Below, piece by piece: positions 1-12,979 of a stretch of 64,000 bases of DNA. The notes under the pieces were generated by a model. That model had not been told where the DNA came from. It did not search any database and saw nothing but the letters and a program-made list of their open reading frames with translations. Source of the stretch: an uncultured Nitrospiraceae bacterium (GTDB lineage Bacteria; Nitrospirota; Thermodesulfovibrionia; Thermodesulfovibrionales; UBA6898); the NCBI GenBank assembly GCA_963811165.1, contig CAWEQH010000004.1, positions 640,001-704,000 on the forward strand, given 5' to 3'. The position numbers and the translations under genes were made by a program. Within the stretch, counting starts at the first letter, position 1. Each line of letters starts with the position of its first letter.

Positions 1-177
1 GAGCCGTTCTTTACTACTAAAGACGTAGGGCAAGGCACCGGGATGGGCCTCACGGTCTCCTATGAAGTAATCACCGGTTACGGCGGGACGATCGAGGTGG
101 AAAACAGGCCGGGGCAGGGAGCAACGTTTACCATCCAGCTTCCGGCAAAAAGAGGAGAGCATGTCAAAGTATTCTGA
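1..177 (+). CDS. C-terminal end of a sensor histidine kinase (HATPase_c), truncated by window start
   Basis: Frame 1 reads [48 protein letters not shown]...*, containing the F and G2 boxes. The stop overlaps the next gene. Confidence 0.9.
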   Translation, partial: EPFFTTKDVGQGTGMGLTVSYEVITGYGGTIEVENRPGQGATFTIQLPAKRGEHVKVF

Positions 178-2641
178 ATTATTTCGCTCGCCGGGGAAGA
201 GCGAAACATTATTCCGTTCGCCGGCAAAGGGCGATCCCCGGGAACCGTCAGGGGACGAGACGCCCGCTGATGAAGGCACCGGGAAGGGCGAGGTCTTTAC
301 CCTCCTTTTTGTAGATGACGAAATCGGGGTACTCAACGCCCTGAGAAGGATATTCCTGGACGAAAACTATACGGTTTTCACCGCTACTTCCGCAGACGAA
401 GCCCTCGAGGTAATGAACCATGAGAAGGTCCATCTCGTCGTCTCGGACCACCGGATGCCGGGAATGACCGGCGCCCAACTCCTAAAAGAGATCAAGGAGA
501 AGTGGCCCGATACCATCAGGATCATGCTAACAGGCTATGCGGATGTCCAGTCGATCATGGGTGCGGTGAATGAGGGGGCGGTCTACAAGTTTATCACCAA
601 GCCGTGGAACGACGAGGACCTGAGGCTTACGGTCAGTCTTGCACTTCAGCAGTATGTGCTCATACAGGAAAACAGGCAGCTCAGGGACTTAACGAAAAAG
701 CAGCAAATGAAGATCAGGAATTACTCGGCCCTTTTTGATGAAAACAGGGGGGTGATGGGAAACATTCTGATCAGGGCCGGAGTAGTCGACACAGATGACT
801 GCAACAGGGCGGCAAGTGAAAGACAGAACGACGAGTTTCTGAGCGATACCCTTGTAAGACTTGGAATCACAACGGAATCGAAGATCGTAAGGGCGCTCCA
901 AAACCACCTGAAGCTCGAATATATCGACCTCAAAGAGATGGGTCTCAAAGAGGGGGTGGTCAAGTTCCTTCCGCGGGAGCTCTGTGAAAAAAACCGGCTT
1001 ATTCCCATAAGATTAGACGGAAGGCAGATCACGATAGCGATGGCGGACCCTTCCGATATCTTCAAGTGCGACAATATCTCGCTCCTGACCGGCCTGAAGG
1101 TAATGCCGGTCATTTCCACCAGTTCCGATATCCTCGATCAGCTAAGGAGGGTCTACGGGGGCGTCGCGGCCGGCGCCGGGGCAGAGATCGAGGAGTTCCC
1201 GGAAATCGAGCCGATGGACGAGATCGACATCGTGATCGAAGAGGAGGAGAAGGACGTCAACGTCCAGGAACTCATCGGATCGTCCGAAGTCCCCCCTATT
1301 ATCAGGATCGTCAACGCGGTGATCTCGGAGGCGGTCCGTTTCAAGGCCAGCGACATACATATCGAACCGAAGACGAAATATACGGTCATCCGGTACCGGA
1401 TAGACGGCATGCTCCACAGCAAGATCAAGATCCCGGCGGACCTTCACGCCGCGGTCATATCGAGGATAAAGATACTCGGGAAGCTCGACATCTCCGAACG
1501 GCGCAGGCCCCAAGACGGCAGGATCACGGTGAAGACCGGCACGAGGCTCGTAGATATCAGGGTCTCGACCATGCCGACTATTAACGGGGAAAAAGTAGTG
1601 ATGAGGATCCTGGACAAAAACGCAGCCATCAAGAAACTCGACGAATTGGGGGTCGAGCCCGACGAACTCAGAAAAATCTCCGGCCTGATCAAGAAGCCTC
1701 AGGGGATCATCATATCAACCGGCCCTACCGGCAGCGGCAAGACCACGATGCTCTATTCCATCCTAAGCGCCATGCTCGAGGGGACGAAGAACTTCGAGAC
1801 GATCGAAGATCCGGTCGAATATTTCCTTGAAGACGCCAACCAGGTCTTTATTAAAGAGAAGGTGGGGCTTTCGTTTGCGTCGGTGCTGCGCGCGACGATG
1901 CGGCAGGACCCGGATGTGATACTCGTCGGCGAGATAAGGGACTTCGAGACGGCCGATGTCGCCTTCAAGGCGGCCCTTACCGGCCATATGGTCCTGACGA
2001 CCCTCCATACCAACAACTCTGTTGCCTCGATCACGCGTATGATTGATATGGGAGTCAAGCCCTATCTCATCGCCTCGGCGCTTGAGGGGATCCTCGCGCA
2101 GAGGCTAGTCAGGAAGATATGCAGGTACTGCAGGGTCGAGGAAGAGCCGGACGAGGAACTTATGGAATTAATGAAGATACCGGCCGGAACGATCGAAGGC
2201 GCGGTCTTTAAGGGAAAGGGCTGCGAGCGGTGCAACCAGACCGGCTATATGGGAAGGACGGGTATCTTTGAACTGTTCGTGATGAACGACGATTTTAGAT
2301 TTTTTATCGGCAGCAGTTATAAAGAAGCGGAACTCATCAACATGGCGCGGGCGGCAGGCATGAAAACTCTTATTGAGACCGGAATAGAAAAGGTGAAGCG
2401 CGGTGATACTACCATTGAAGAGCTGATAAGGGTCATCGGTCCCCAGACCAAGCACCAGCGGAGGTGCGAGCTGTGCCGGAAAATGATCGATGCAAAGTTC
2501 CTTTTCTGCCCGCACTGCGGCTCGTTTAAACAGAATGTCTGCCCGCACTGCAGGATGCCGCTTGAGGAAGGCTGGAGCGCCTGCCCGTTTTGCGGCGGGG
2601 CGAGAATTATTGATAGCAAAATAACCGGAGAAGGGGGATAA
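161..2641 (+). CDS. Receiver-domain-fused GspE/PilB-family secretion/pilus ATPase with C-terminal double zinc ribbon
   Basis: REC (LFVDDE...SDHRMP...KPW), MshEN/GspE_N-like region, ASDIHIEP, Walker [42 protein letters not shown], four C-terminal CxxC motifs. Confidence 0.9.
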   Translation: MSKYSELFRSPGKSETLFRSPAKGDPREPSGDETPADEGTGKGEVFTLLFVDDEIGVLNALRRIFLDENYTVFTATSADEALEVMNHEKVHLVVSDHRMPGMTGAQLLKEIKEKWPDTIRIMLTGYADVQSIMGAVNEGAVYKFITKPWNDEDLRLTVSLALQQYVLIQENRQLRDLTKKQQMKIRNYSALFDENRGVMGNILIRAGVVDTDDCNRAASERQNDEFLSDTLVRLGITTESKIVRALQNHLKLEYIDLKEMGLKEGVVKFLPRELCEKNRLIPIRLDGRQITIAMADPSDIFKCDNISLLTGLKVMPVISTSSDILDQLRRVYGGVAAGAGAEIEEFPEIEPMDEIDIVIEEEEKDVNVQELIGSSEVPPIIRIVNAVISEAVRFKASDIHIEPKTKYTVIRYRIDGMLHSKIKIPADLHAAVISRIKILGKLDISERRRPQDGRITVKTGTRLVDIRVSTMPTINGEKVVMRILDKNAAIKKLDELGVEPDELRKISGLIKKPQGIIISTGPTGSGKTTMLYSILSAMLEGTKNFETIEDPVEYFLEDANQVFIKEKVGLSFASVLRATMRQDPDVILVGEIRDFETADVAFKAALTGHMVLTTLHTNNSVASITRMIDMGVKPYLIASALEGILAQRLVRKICRYCRVEEEPDEELMELMKIPAGTIEGAVFKGKGCERCNQTGYMGRTGIFELFVMNDDFRFFIGSSYKEAELINMARAAGMKTLIETGIEKVKRGDTTIEELIRVIGPQTKHQRRCELCRKMIDAKFLFCPHCGSFKQNVCPHCRMPLEEGWSACPFCGGARIIDSKITGEGG

Positions 2642-2645
2642 GGAC

Positions 2646-3203
2646 ATGCAGGATTCGATACTCTTGGTGGATGACGAACCCAACGTCATCTCATCATTGA
2701 AAAGGGCGCTTCTCGATGAGCCCTATGAAATTTATTCGGCGGGCAGCGCCGCGGAGGGCCTCAAACTTTTGGACCAAAAGCAGATAAAGGTGATTATCTC
2801 GGACGAAAGGATGCCGGGGATGACAGGCGCTGAATTCCTCTCTGTGGTGAAGGAGCGCATGCCTGAAACTCTCAGGATCATGCTTACCGGCCACGCCAGT
2901 TTAGAGGCGGCGATGAACGCCGTCAACAGCGGTGAGATATACCGGTTCTTCGTGAAGCCGTGGAATGATATTGAGTTAAAGCTCGCGATCCGTTCTGCCC
3001 TCGAAAAGTACAACCTCGAAGCCGAAAACAGGAGGCTGCTGAAGATCGTGAAACGCCAGGCTCTGGACCTGAAGCTGCTTGAGAGAAAATACCCGAGCAT
3101 TACGAAGCTCGAAAAGGACGAAAGCGGCAACCTCATCCTGCCGGAGATGTCCGAAATGGAATTCTCGGAGATTCTTGCTCAGTGCGAGAGGGAGTTCAGT
3201 TAG
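2646..3203 (+). CDS. Response regulator receiver protein with short C-terminal extension
   Basis: LLVDDE, SDERMP and KPW motifs; closely resembles the REC domain of the upstream ATPase. Confidence 0.9.
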   Translation: MQDSILLVDDEPNVISSLKRALLDEPYEIYSAGSAAEGLKLLDQKQIKVIISDERMPGMTGAEFLSVVKERMPETLRIMLTGHASLEAAMNAVNSGEIYRFFVKPWNDIELKLAIRSALEKYNLEAENRRLLKIVKRQALDLKLLERKYPSITKLEKDESGNLILPEMSEMEFSEILAQCEREFS

Positions 3204-3382
3204 GGGCTTTTTTTGAAATCGGGCAGGCATGGCTTGTCGATTTTTCTACTTTTGTAACCATGCAGGAACGCGGACTGTCGGAGTCTTGACGGCGGACAGG
3301 CATTTTGCAGATGCGGGGCTGAAGGGCTCAAAATGCGCCCAATAGATTTTCACTTCTCTTGAACGCAATAGATAGAAAATCA

Positions 3383-3412
3383 TTGACTGATATACAGTAA
3401 TTTTGGTAAATT
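3383..3412 (+). promoter_or_regulatory. Putative sigma70 promoter for the fluoride operon
   Basis: TTGACT-N18-TAAATT with a TG extension, ending 7 nt before the riboswitch. Confidence 0.6.
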
Positions 3413-3419
3413 TTAAACA

Positions 3420-3474
3420 GGCGATGGAGTTCGCCAGGAACCGCTCTTGTTTCATCGGAGCTGATGACTCCTAC
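3420..3474 (+). ncRNA. Fluoride (crcB) riboswitch aptamer 1
   Basis: GGCGATGGAGTTCGCC...AACCGCT...AGCTGATGACTCCTAC matches the fluoride riboswitch consensus; crcB lies downstream. Confidence 0.95.
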
Positions 3475-3504
3475 TCTCAGGTCTTTGAGGGCAGGAGTTT
3501 TTTT
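3467..3504 (+). terminator. Intrinsic terminator, expression platform of riboswitch 1
   Basis: CTCCTACTCTC pairs with GAGGGCAGGAG, followed by T7; overlaps the aptamer 3' end. Confidence 0.85.
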
Positions 3505-3525
3505 ATGCCCGGAAAGGAGATAGGT

Positions 3526-4728
3526 ATGCAGGACGTATGGGGAATGGCGGCGCTGTGGCTCGGCCTTGCGCTTGTCGCTACTCTTCTGTCGATCTGGTTC
3601 AGGATCGCAACGGCTCTCTCCGAGATTGTAGTCGGCACAGTCGCCCAGTTAGTCATCGGGGCATTGGTGGGCACGACCCTTGGGTCAGGCGAGCCGTGGA
3701 TCAAGTTTTTATCGGGCACCGGCGCTATTGTTTTGACATTCCTGGCTGGCGCCGAGCTGGATCCTGCGGTGTTCAAAATGAAATGGAAAGAAGCGACCGC
3801 CATCGGTCTTATTTCCTTTGCTGCGCCCTTTCTCGGTTGTACCGCTATCGCCTATTACGTGTTGCATTGGGCGGTCAGGGCCAGTTGGTTGGCGGGTGTG
3901 GCCCTTTCTACAACGTCCGTGGCTGTGGTATACGCCGTCATGCTTGAACTCGGCTTAAACAAGACTGAATTCGGCAAGACCGTCCTTGCGGCCTGTTTTG
4001 TCACGGACCTCGGAACAGTTATTTCGCTCGGTCTCATCTTTGCCCCGTTCACCAATAGAACTCTAATCTTTCTCGGGGTCGGCTTCGCGGCCTTTCTCAT
4101 TCTTCCCTACCTCACCCCGCTTTTTTTCAGGAAATATGGCGGAAGGCCTTCGGAGCTGGAGGCAAAGTATTTGCTACTGATTCTTTTTGGTCTCGGTTCG
4201 CTCGCGGCCTGGTCAGACAGCGAGGCGGTGTTGCCTGCATACATCGTGGGGATGGTGCTTGCCGGAACTGTCGGCAAGGATCATGTCCTTATCAGAAGAC
4301 TTAGGACACTGACCTTCGGTCTGCTCACACCTTTCTATTTTATCCGGGCTGGTTCATATGTCTCTGTTCCAGCCATCCTTGCCGCTCCCGTTGCGCTTAT
4401 AGTTCTCTTCACGGGTAAGATGGTAACCAAGATCATGGGCGTGTATCCTGCAACCAAGGCGTACAAGTATGCCCAAAAAGAAGGTATCTATACGACTCTT
4501 TTGATGTCGACGGGATTGACGTTCGGCTCGATAGCCGCCCTATTTGGCTTGTCGCATAAGATTATAGACCAGACGCAGTATTCCATCCTCGTTGTTGTCG
4601 TAATCGGCAGCGCTGTGGTGCCGACTCTCATCGCAAACGCCTTCTTTATCCCTAAATACCTGCTTCCCAAAAAAGAGAAGTCTGCTGAGACGCCCGTGCA
4701 TATAGCATCAGCTGATGAAATTGAATAA
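3526..4728 (+). CDS. Cation:proton antiporter (CPA2/Na_H_Exchanger family)
   Basis: Highly hydrophobic multi-TM protein with FLAGAELD and STTSVAVV motifs. Start moved to ATG 3526 after SD AAGGAG, because the longer ORF runs through the riboswitch. Confidence 0.88.
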   Translation: MQDVWGMAALWLGLALVATLLSIWFRIATALSEIVVGTVAQLVIGALVGTTLGSGEPWIKFLSGTGAIVLTFLAGAELDPAVFKMKWKEATAIGLISFAAPFLGCTAIAYYVLHWAVRASWLAGVALSTTSVAVVYAVMLELGLNKTEFGKTVLAACFVTDLGTVISLGLIFAPFTNRTLIFLGVGFAAFLILPYLTPLFFRKYGGRPSELEAKYLLLILFGLGSLAAWSDSEAVLPAYIVGMVLAGTVGKDHVLIRRLRTLTFGLLTPFYFIRAGSYVSVPAILAAPVALIVLFTGKMVTKIMGVYPATKAYKYAQKEGIYTTLLMSTGLTFGSIAALFGLSHKIIDQTQYSILVVVVIGSAVVPTLIANAFFIPKYLLPKKEKSAETPVHIASADEIE

Positions 4729-4743
4729 CGGAGGATATAAGAG

Positions 4744-5160
4744 ATGAACAAGATATTAGTGGCATTTGATGGCTCCCCGAAGGCTTACGAAGCCTTCGAT
4801 TATGCCTTGAAGCTCGCCATGTGTAGTACCACACCCGAAGTAACCGTTCTCTCTGTGGCCCAGCCGCCGGAGCCGATTGACATTGTGGAGGTGGACGCGG
4901 TAATTGATTCAGCTACCGAGCACTATAAACAGCTCTTAGGGGAATTGAAGGAAAAGGCAAGACAGAAGAATATCGAGATAAAGACCGACATCGTTGTCGG
5001 CCACCCCGCAGACCAGATCGTGCGATATGCAAAAGAGAACGGCTTCGATCAAATAATTATGGGACAAAAAGGAAAATCCAAGATGGAAAACTGGCTCCTC
5101 GGCTCAGTCTCAAAGCGGGTCTCGACATATTCCCCTTGTACCGTAACAATTGTGAAGTAG
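4744..5160 (+). CDS. Universal stress protein
   Basis: KILVAFDGS...IIMGQKG...LLGSVSKRV...PCTVTIVK. Confidence 0.93.
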   Translation: MNKILVAFDGSPKAYEAFDYALKLAMCSTTPEVTVLSVAQPPEPIDIVEVDAVIDSATEHYKQLLGELKEKARQKNIEIKTDIVVGHPADQIVRYAKENGFDQIIMGQKGKSKMENWLLGSVSKRVSTYSPCTVTIVK

Positions 5161-5173
5161 AGAAGGTCTGCAA

Positions 5174-5548
5174 GTGGTAAATTACGTGGTAATAGGGGCA
5201 GGCGGGTTTATCGGCGCGATTACCAGATATGCTATGGCGACGTGGATAGGGCAGAAGTGGGGGCGCACCTTTCCCGTGGGCACGTTCATAATAAATGTGA
5301 GCGGGAGTTTCCTGATCGGGCTTCTCATGACCTTGCTTACCGAACGGTTTATGGCAAACCCGCTCTGGAGGTTGTTACTGGTTGTCGGCTTTCTGGGGGC
5401 CTATACCACATTTTCGACCTTTGAGTATGAGACAGGCAAGTTATTGACGGATGGGGAGTATCTCTTCGGCGCATTAAATGTTGTCCTAAGTGTGCTGGCC
5501 GGGTTTGCGTCGCTGAAAATCGGACAGTTTATTGCTATGATGATATAG
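5174..5548 (+). CDS. crcB: Fluoride efflux channel Fluc/CrcB
   Basis: GGFIGAITRY, FPVGTFIINVSGSF and GFLGAYTTFSTF motifs; four TM segments. Confidence 0.97.
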   Translation: MVNYVVIGAGGFIGAITRYAMATWIGQKWGRTFPVGTFIINVSGSFLIGLLMTLLTERFMANPLWRLLLVVGFLGAYTTFSTFEYETGKLLTDGEYLFGALNVVLSVLAGFASLKIGQFIAMMI

Positions 5549-5558
5549 GAGGCGATCA

Positions 5559-6275
5559 ATGATAGACAAAGGTCCCGCAAAGAGACTCACAATTTACGTT
5601 GACGAGAAAGATACGTTCCACGGCAGACCTGTCTATGAAGTGCTTCTCGACATATTTTTTAAAAGAAAGATTATTGGTGTGAGCGTTTTTAGGGGCGTGG
5701 CGGGCTATGGAAGCGACGGCGTCCTTCATACCGCAAAGATGCTCGAACTCTCGACGAGCCTGCCGGTGAAAATGGAAGTCGTTGATTCGGAGGACATGAT
5801 CAACAGGGTCCTGCCCGATGTCTATCATGTCGTAGAGAAGGGACTCGTGGACGTGACGGATACCAACGTTATCAAGTGTTGCAGAAACGTTCCCCAAAAA
5901 GAGGAAAAGAGGGAAGAACATATGAAGCTCGAAGGCAAGGCAAAGATGCTTAGGATCATAATTAGCGAGGATGATGAGTGGGAGGGTGAGCCCCTTTATG
6001 AGGCGATTGTGAAGAGGCTTATAATGGCTGATATCGCGGGAGCGACAGTATATAAGGCAATCGCGGGATACGGTCCTCATAAACGATATCACAAGAAGAA
6101 AACGCTGGCGACGCATGGAGAGCTTCCCATCCTTATCACCGTCATGGACACCGAGGAAAACATAAATAAGGTAATACCGATCCTTGACGACATGGTATAT
6201 GAAGGTATAGTTGTGCTTTCGGAAGTGAATGTTATCAAGTACACACACAGGGATGTAGATATCGAAGCGATGTGA
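5559..6275 (+). CDS. Tandem DUF190 (PII-like, COG1993) protein
   Basis: Two repeats of L(T/R)I...D..(H/E)G.P.YE...G.(S/T)V..(G/A).AGYG...LP; follows crcB. Confidence 0.85.
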   Translation: MIDKGPAKRLTIYVDEKDTFHGRPVYEVLLDIFFKRKIIGVSVFRGVAGYGSDGVLHTAKMLELSTSLPVKMEVVDSEDMINRVLPDVYHVVEKGLVDVTDTNVIKCCRNVPQKEEKREEHMKLEGKAKMLRIIISEDDEWEGEPLYEAIVKRLIMADIAGATVYKAIAGYGPHKRYHKKKTLATHGELPILITVMDTEENINKVIPILDDMVYEGIVVLSEVNVIKYTHRDVDIEAM

Positions 6276-6277
6276 CA

Positions 6278-6326
6278 GGCGATGGAGTTCGCCTTTGGCC
6301 GTCCGAACCGGACTGATGACTCCTAC
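6278..6326 (+). ncRNA. Fluoride (crcB) riboswitch aptamer 2
   Basis: GGCGATGGAGTTCGCC...GTCCGAACCGGAC TGATGACTCCTAC; conserved core identical to aptamer 1. Confidence 0.93.
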
Positions 6327-6358
6327 TCTCGCAAGCAGGCTGAGGGTAGGAGTTTTTT
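6319..6358 (+). terminator. Intrinsic terminator, expression platform of riboswitch 2
   Basis: CTCCTACTCTC pairs with GAGGGTAGGAG, followed by T6. Confidence 0.85.
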
Positions 6359-6384
6359 ATTAGTGTGAATGGAGGCCGCGCACT

Positions 6385-9455
<3,071 letters not shown>

Positions 9456-9509
9456 GAGGGCCCTGCAGACTTAACAACTTTGGAGATTAGCAATAGCATA
9501 GGAGGCAGC

Positions 9510-10562
9510 ATGTCCAAAATACGGTTTAAAATCTCTGAAACGGATTTAACACTTCTGAATCCTTTTAAAGACTTTTCTGAAGAAGTGCATACCGTGGAAG
9601 TCCGCAGAGACCCTCTTTTAGGTGATATGAGTGTCTATAACCCTTGCCTTAAGGATAAGGTCAAATTCTTTTTTGGAGACAATGATAGTGGCCTTGTAGA
9701 GAAATTGATTGAAGACAGCACGAAGAATTGTATTTTCTGCGGCGAAATGATCGAACGAAGCACTCCCAGATATCCCTCGGATCTTGTCCCCGAAGGACGA
9801 ATAAGAATAGGCGAGGCTGTGCTGTTTCCAAACCTTTTTCCGATCGGAAAATACCATTCCGTTGTTCGTCTTTCCAATGCCCATTTTCTGAAACTTTCTG
9901 AATTCAGACCTGCAATAATTGAGGACGGCCTGAAGGCGGCACAGACGTTTATCAAACGTGTGTATACCCATGATCCTTCAGCGTTGTTTGTGGCCGTGAA
10001 CGCCAATTACCTTTTCCCTGCCGGGGCCACCCTCGTGCACCCCCATCTTCAGATGCTGATTACCCCCACCGCATATTCATATCATGAAAGACTGATCCGG
10101 GCGAGCCATGCTTACTATCAAGAGCACGGCTCTGAGTTCTATCCGGATTTGATAGAAGAAGAGAAGCGACTAGGGGGGAGATATGTGGCCCACAGGGGTG
10201 CATGGCATTGGCTGGCAGCTTTTTCTCCGATGGGTAATAATGAAGTTATTGCCATCCACGAGGGGGAGAGTGATTTTGGGCTCCTTTCCGAAAGCGATTT
10301 GGCGACTCTCGCTGAGGGTATTTCCAGGGTGCTCTCCTTTTACGAGAGTCTTTGCCACTTGAGCTTCAATTATTCTATTTTTTCAGTGAGAGGGTCTTCT
10401 TCCCAAAAAGGCTTCCGCTGTCTCCTCAAGATAATCAGCAGGCAGAATCTCTATCCCAACTATCGTAACGATGATTATTTTCTGCAGAAACTGCTTCATT
10501 CGGAATTGATCATTAATCTGCCGGAGGATTTGGCATTGGAGTTGAGAGGCTTTTTTGAATGA
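9510..10562 (+). CDS. GalT-like (HIT superfamily) nucleotidyltransferase
   Basis: EVRRDPL, CIFC zinc motif, FPNLFP and HPHLQ catalytic motif; SD GGAGG before ATG 9510. Confidence 0.78.
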   Translation: MSKIRFKISETDLTLLNPFKDFSEEVHTVEVRRDPLLGDMSVYNPCLKDKVKFFFGDNDSGLVEKLIEDSTKNCIFCGEMIERSTPRYPSDLVPEGRIRIGEAVLFPNLFPIGKYHSVVRLSNAHFLKLSEFRPAIIEDGLKAAQTFIKRVYTHDPSALFVAVNANYLFPAGATLVHPHLQMLITPTAYSYHERLIRASHAYYQEHGSEFYPDLIEEEKRLGGRYVAHRGAWHWLAAFSPMGNNEVIAIHEGESDFGLLSESDLATLAEGISRVLSFYESLCHLSFNYSIFSVRGSSSQKGFRCLLKIISRQNLYPNYRNDDYFLQKLLHSELIINLPEDLALELRGFFE

Positions 10563-10673
10563 AATATCCGGATTGAACCATGTGTGAACTGGATATCCCC
10601 GCTTTCGGTCATGTCTCTCCACTCACGCCCTCACCTTGGAATTTTTGGGGCCAGAAAATGTAATATACAGACA

Positions 10674-11156
10674 GTGAAAAATACGCAAAAACCTTTCGTT
10701 GAAATCTACGCAGACGGGGCCTGCAGCGGCAATCCCGGGGCGGGCGGCTTCGGCGCGGTCCTGAAGTCGGGGGGAAAACTGAAGGAGCTTTCCGGGTGTG
10801 ACCCGATGACAACGAACAACAGGATGGAATTGATGGGGGTGATCTTTGCCCTTGAGGCCCTGAAAAAGCCCTGCAAGGTGAGGGTCACTACGGATTCTAC
10901 CTATGTGATGAAGGGCATGACCGAGTGGATAGGCACATGGATAAGAAATAACTGGCGGAACTCACAGAAGAAAGAAGTGCTCAACAGGGACTTGTGGGAG
11001 AGGCTCCTTAAGGCGGCGGGACCGCATGAGGTGGACTGGTCCTGGATAAAAGGACATAATGGACATATCGAAAACGAACGGTGCGACTTTCTTGCGCGGG
11101 AGGAGATCAAAAAGTGCAAAAAATCATCGGGGGCTGCGTCGCATGAAAAGGCCTGA
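10674..11156 (+). CDS. rnhA: Ribonuclease HI
   Basis: [38 protein letters not shown]. Start uncertain; GTG 10674 chosen. Confidence 0.93.
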   Translation: MKNTQKPFVEIYADGACSGNPGAGGFGAVLKSGGKLKELSGCDPMTTNNRMELMGVIFALEALKKPCKVRVTTDSTYVMKGMTEWIGTWIRNNWRNSQKKEVLNRDLWERLLKAAGPHEVDWSWIKGHNGHIENERCDFLAREEIKKCKKSSGAASHEKA

Positions 11157-12423
11157 ACTGCTTGCGCCCGCCGGAGATTTTGAAAAATTAAGGACCGCGA
11201 TACATTACGGCGCCGATGCCGTCTACCTGGGTGATTCGAGGTTCAGCCTGAGGGGCAAGGCCGGAAATTTCGGTGAAGACGAGATGAGGGATGCAGTGAG
11301 GTACGCCCGCGAAAGAGGGGTAAGGGTGTATGCGACCGTGAACATCTTTCCCCACAACAGGGACCTGCCTGATGTCGCAGAGCATCTGGAATTGCTTAGG
11401 GACATTCGTCCCGACGCCGTTATCATGTCCGATCCGGGCGTCTTTGCCATGTTTAGGGAGAGGGCCCCGGAGATTGATATCCATATCAGCACTCAGGCAA
11501 ACGTCACGAACGCCGCTTCGGCGAGGTTTTGGGAGCGGCTGGGCGCAAAGAGGATCGTTCTTTCGCGGGAGTTGTCTATCGAGGAGATCAGGGAAATACG
11601 CAAGGAAACAGCAGTAGAACTCGAAGTCTTCGTCCACGGCTCACTATGTCTGTCCTATTCCGGCAGATGTTATATCAGCAGTTTCCTCGCGTCGCGGAGC
11701 GCCAACAGGGGCGAGTGCACCAATTCCTGCAGGTGGAACTACGTGCTGATGGAGGAGAAGCGGCAGGGAGAGTATTTTCCCGTGTATGAAGACGACAGGG
11801 GAACATATCTCCTGAGTTCAAAGGACCTCTGCATGATCCGGCACCTGGGCCTGCTCGCCGATGCGGGGATTGAAAGTTTTAAGGTAGAGGGCAGGATGAA
11901 AGGTATTAATTATGTCGCAGGGGTAGTGAAGGCATACCGGGAGGCGGTAGACGCCATCGGGAGTTCCGCGGACCGCGTGGTTGAGGAACGGTGGATGCGG
12001 GAACTTTCGATGTTCAGCAGCAGGGGGTATACCACCGGCATGTTCTTCGGCCGTCAACCGGACAGGGATTACAATTTTGATGAGGAAAGCTACAGGATGA
12101 GCCATGAGCTCGTAGGGGTCGTCCTCGAGGTGGAGGGCGGGGAGGCGAAGATAGGGTTGAAAAACAGACTTGACAGGGGAGACCGGGTGGAATTTCTTTC
12201 GCCCGGGCTTGAAGAGAATTTTTTTGTGGTAAATAATATCCGTGACGAAGAAAAGTGCGATATCGACTCGGCCCGGAACGAAGACATTATCTATGCGGAG
12301 GTCCCCGGCGGGGTGAGAGAAAACGATCTGATCAGAAGGGCCAGAAATTTCGTGGGCATGAAAAACTCTGCAGAAGCGGATGACGGAAAGAGCGATATAC
12401 AGGTGAAGGAGGGACGCGGATGA
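11143..12423 (+). CDS. U32 family protein (TrhP/YegQ-like tRNA hydroxylation)
   Basis: [48 protein letters not shown]. Confidence 0.9.
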   Translation: MKRPELLAPAGDFEKLRTAIHYGADAVYLGDSRFSLRGKAGNFGEDEMRDAVRYARERGVRVYATVNIFPHNRDLPDVAEHLELLRDIRPDAVIMSDPGVFAMFRERAPEIDIHISTQANVTNAASARFWERLGAKRIVLSRELSIEEIREIRKETAVELEVFVHGSLCLSYSGRCYISSFLASRSANRGECTNSCRWNYVLMEEKRQGEYFPVYEDDRGTYLLSSKDLCMIRHLGLLADAGIESFKVEGRMKGINYVAGVVKAYREAVDAIGSSADRVVEERWMRELSMFSSRGYTTGMFFGRQPDRDYNFDEESYRMSHELVGVVLEVEGGEAKIGLKNRLDRGDRVEFLSPGLEENFFVVNNIRDEEKCDIDSARNEDIIYAEVPGGVRENDLIRRARNFVGMKNSAEADDGKSDIQVKEGRG

Positions 12424-12884
12424 CACGACGAGGGGAAAACGCTCAGGAACTCATCAGGTGCACTGTCTGCGATGTTTATCTTGAGGGTGACAAGGGCTTT
12501 ATCTGCCCGAGATGCAGGAGGGGGCCGCTATGCAAGAGCCATAGGGTCCCGCGCCGGAGGGAGTGCGCAAGCTGCGTTTTCGAGATGAAGAAGAAGGCCT
12601 TAAATGACTTAAAGACCCAGGAGCATAACCTCAGAAGTTTCCTGAGGTTTCTTCAGTTTCTCTTCCTTGTGTTTGCAATCTTCTTCGTCGCGTTGAAGAC
12701 AGGCATCCCCGAGGTGTTGGATGCCCTTCAAAAAAATATGATAACCACGAGCCTGACATACCTCGGCGGCCTGTCCGTTGTCGGCTATGTAATCTTCTAC
12801 GGCGTGTTATATAGTCAGAGGCAAAAGATCACTGAGATGGAATCGGAAATGAGCAAGGCGCACTTTGCGAGGATGGTAAAGTAA
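12420..12884 (+). CDS. Hypothetical membrane protein with Cys-rich N-terminus
   Basis: CTVC, CPRC, CKSH and CASC motifs, then two hydrophobic helices; ATGA overlap with the upstream gene. Confidence 0.7.
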   Translation: MTRRGENAQELIRCTVCDVYLEGDKGFICPRCRRGPLCKSHRVPRRRECASCVFEMKKKALNDLKTQEHNLRSFLRFLQFLFLVFAIFFVALKTGIPEVLDALQKNMITTSLTYLGGLSVVGYVIFYGVLYSQRQKITEMESEMSKAHFARMVK

Positions 12885-12979
12885 TAACCCATGGACCCAA
12901 GAAAACGGGCAAAGATATCAGGTATAGATGAGGACGCGGCGGCAAGCGAAATCCCTTCCGGACCGTAGCATATCGAAAA

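Noticed and set aside
3403..3525. N-terminal extension of the antiporter in the ORF track
   Set aside because: It runs through the promoter, riboswitch and terminator; ATG 3526 has a good SD.
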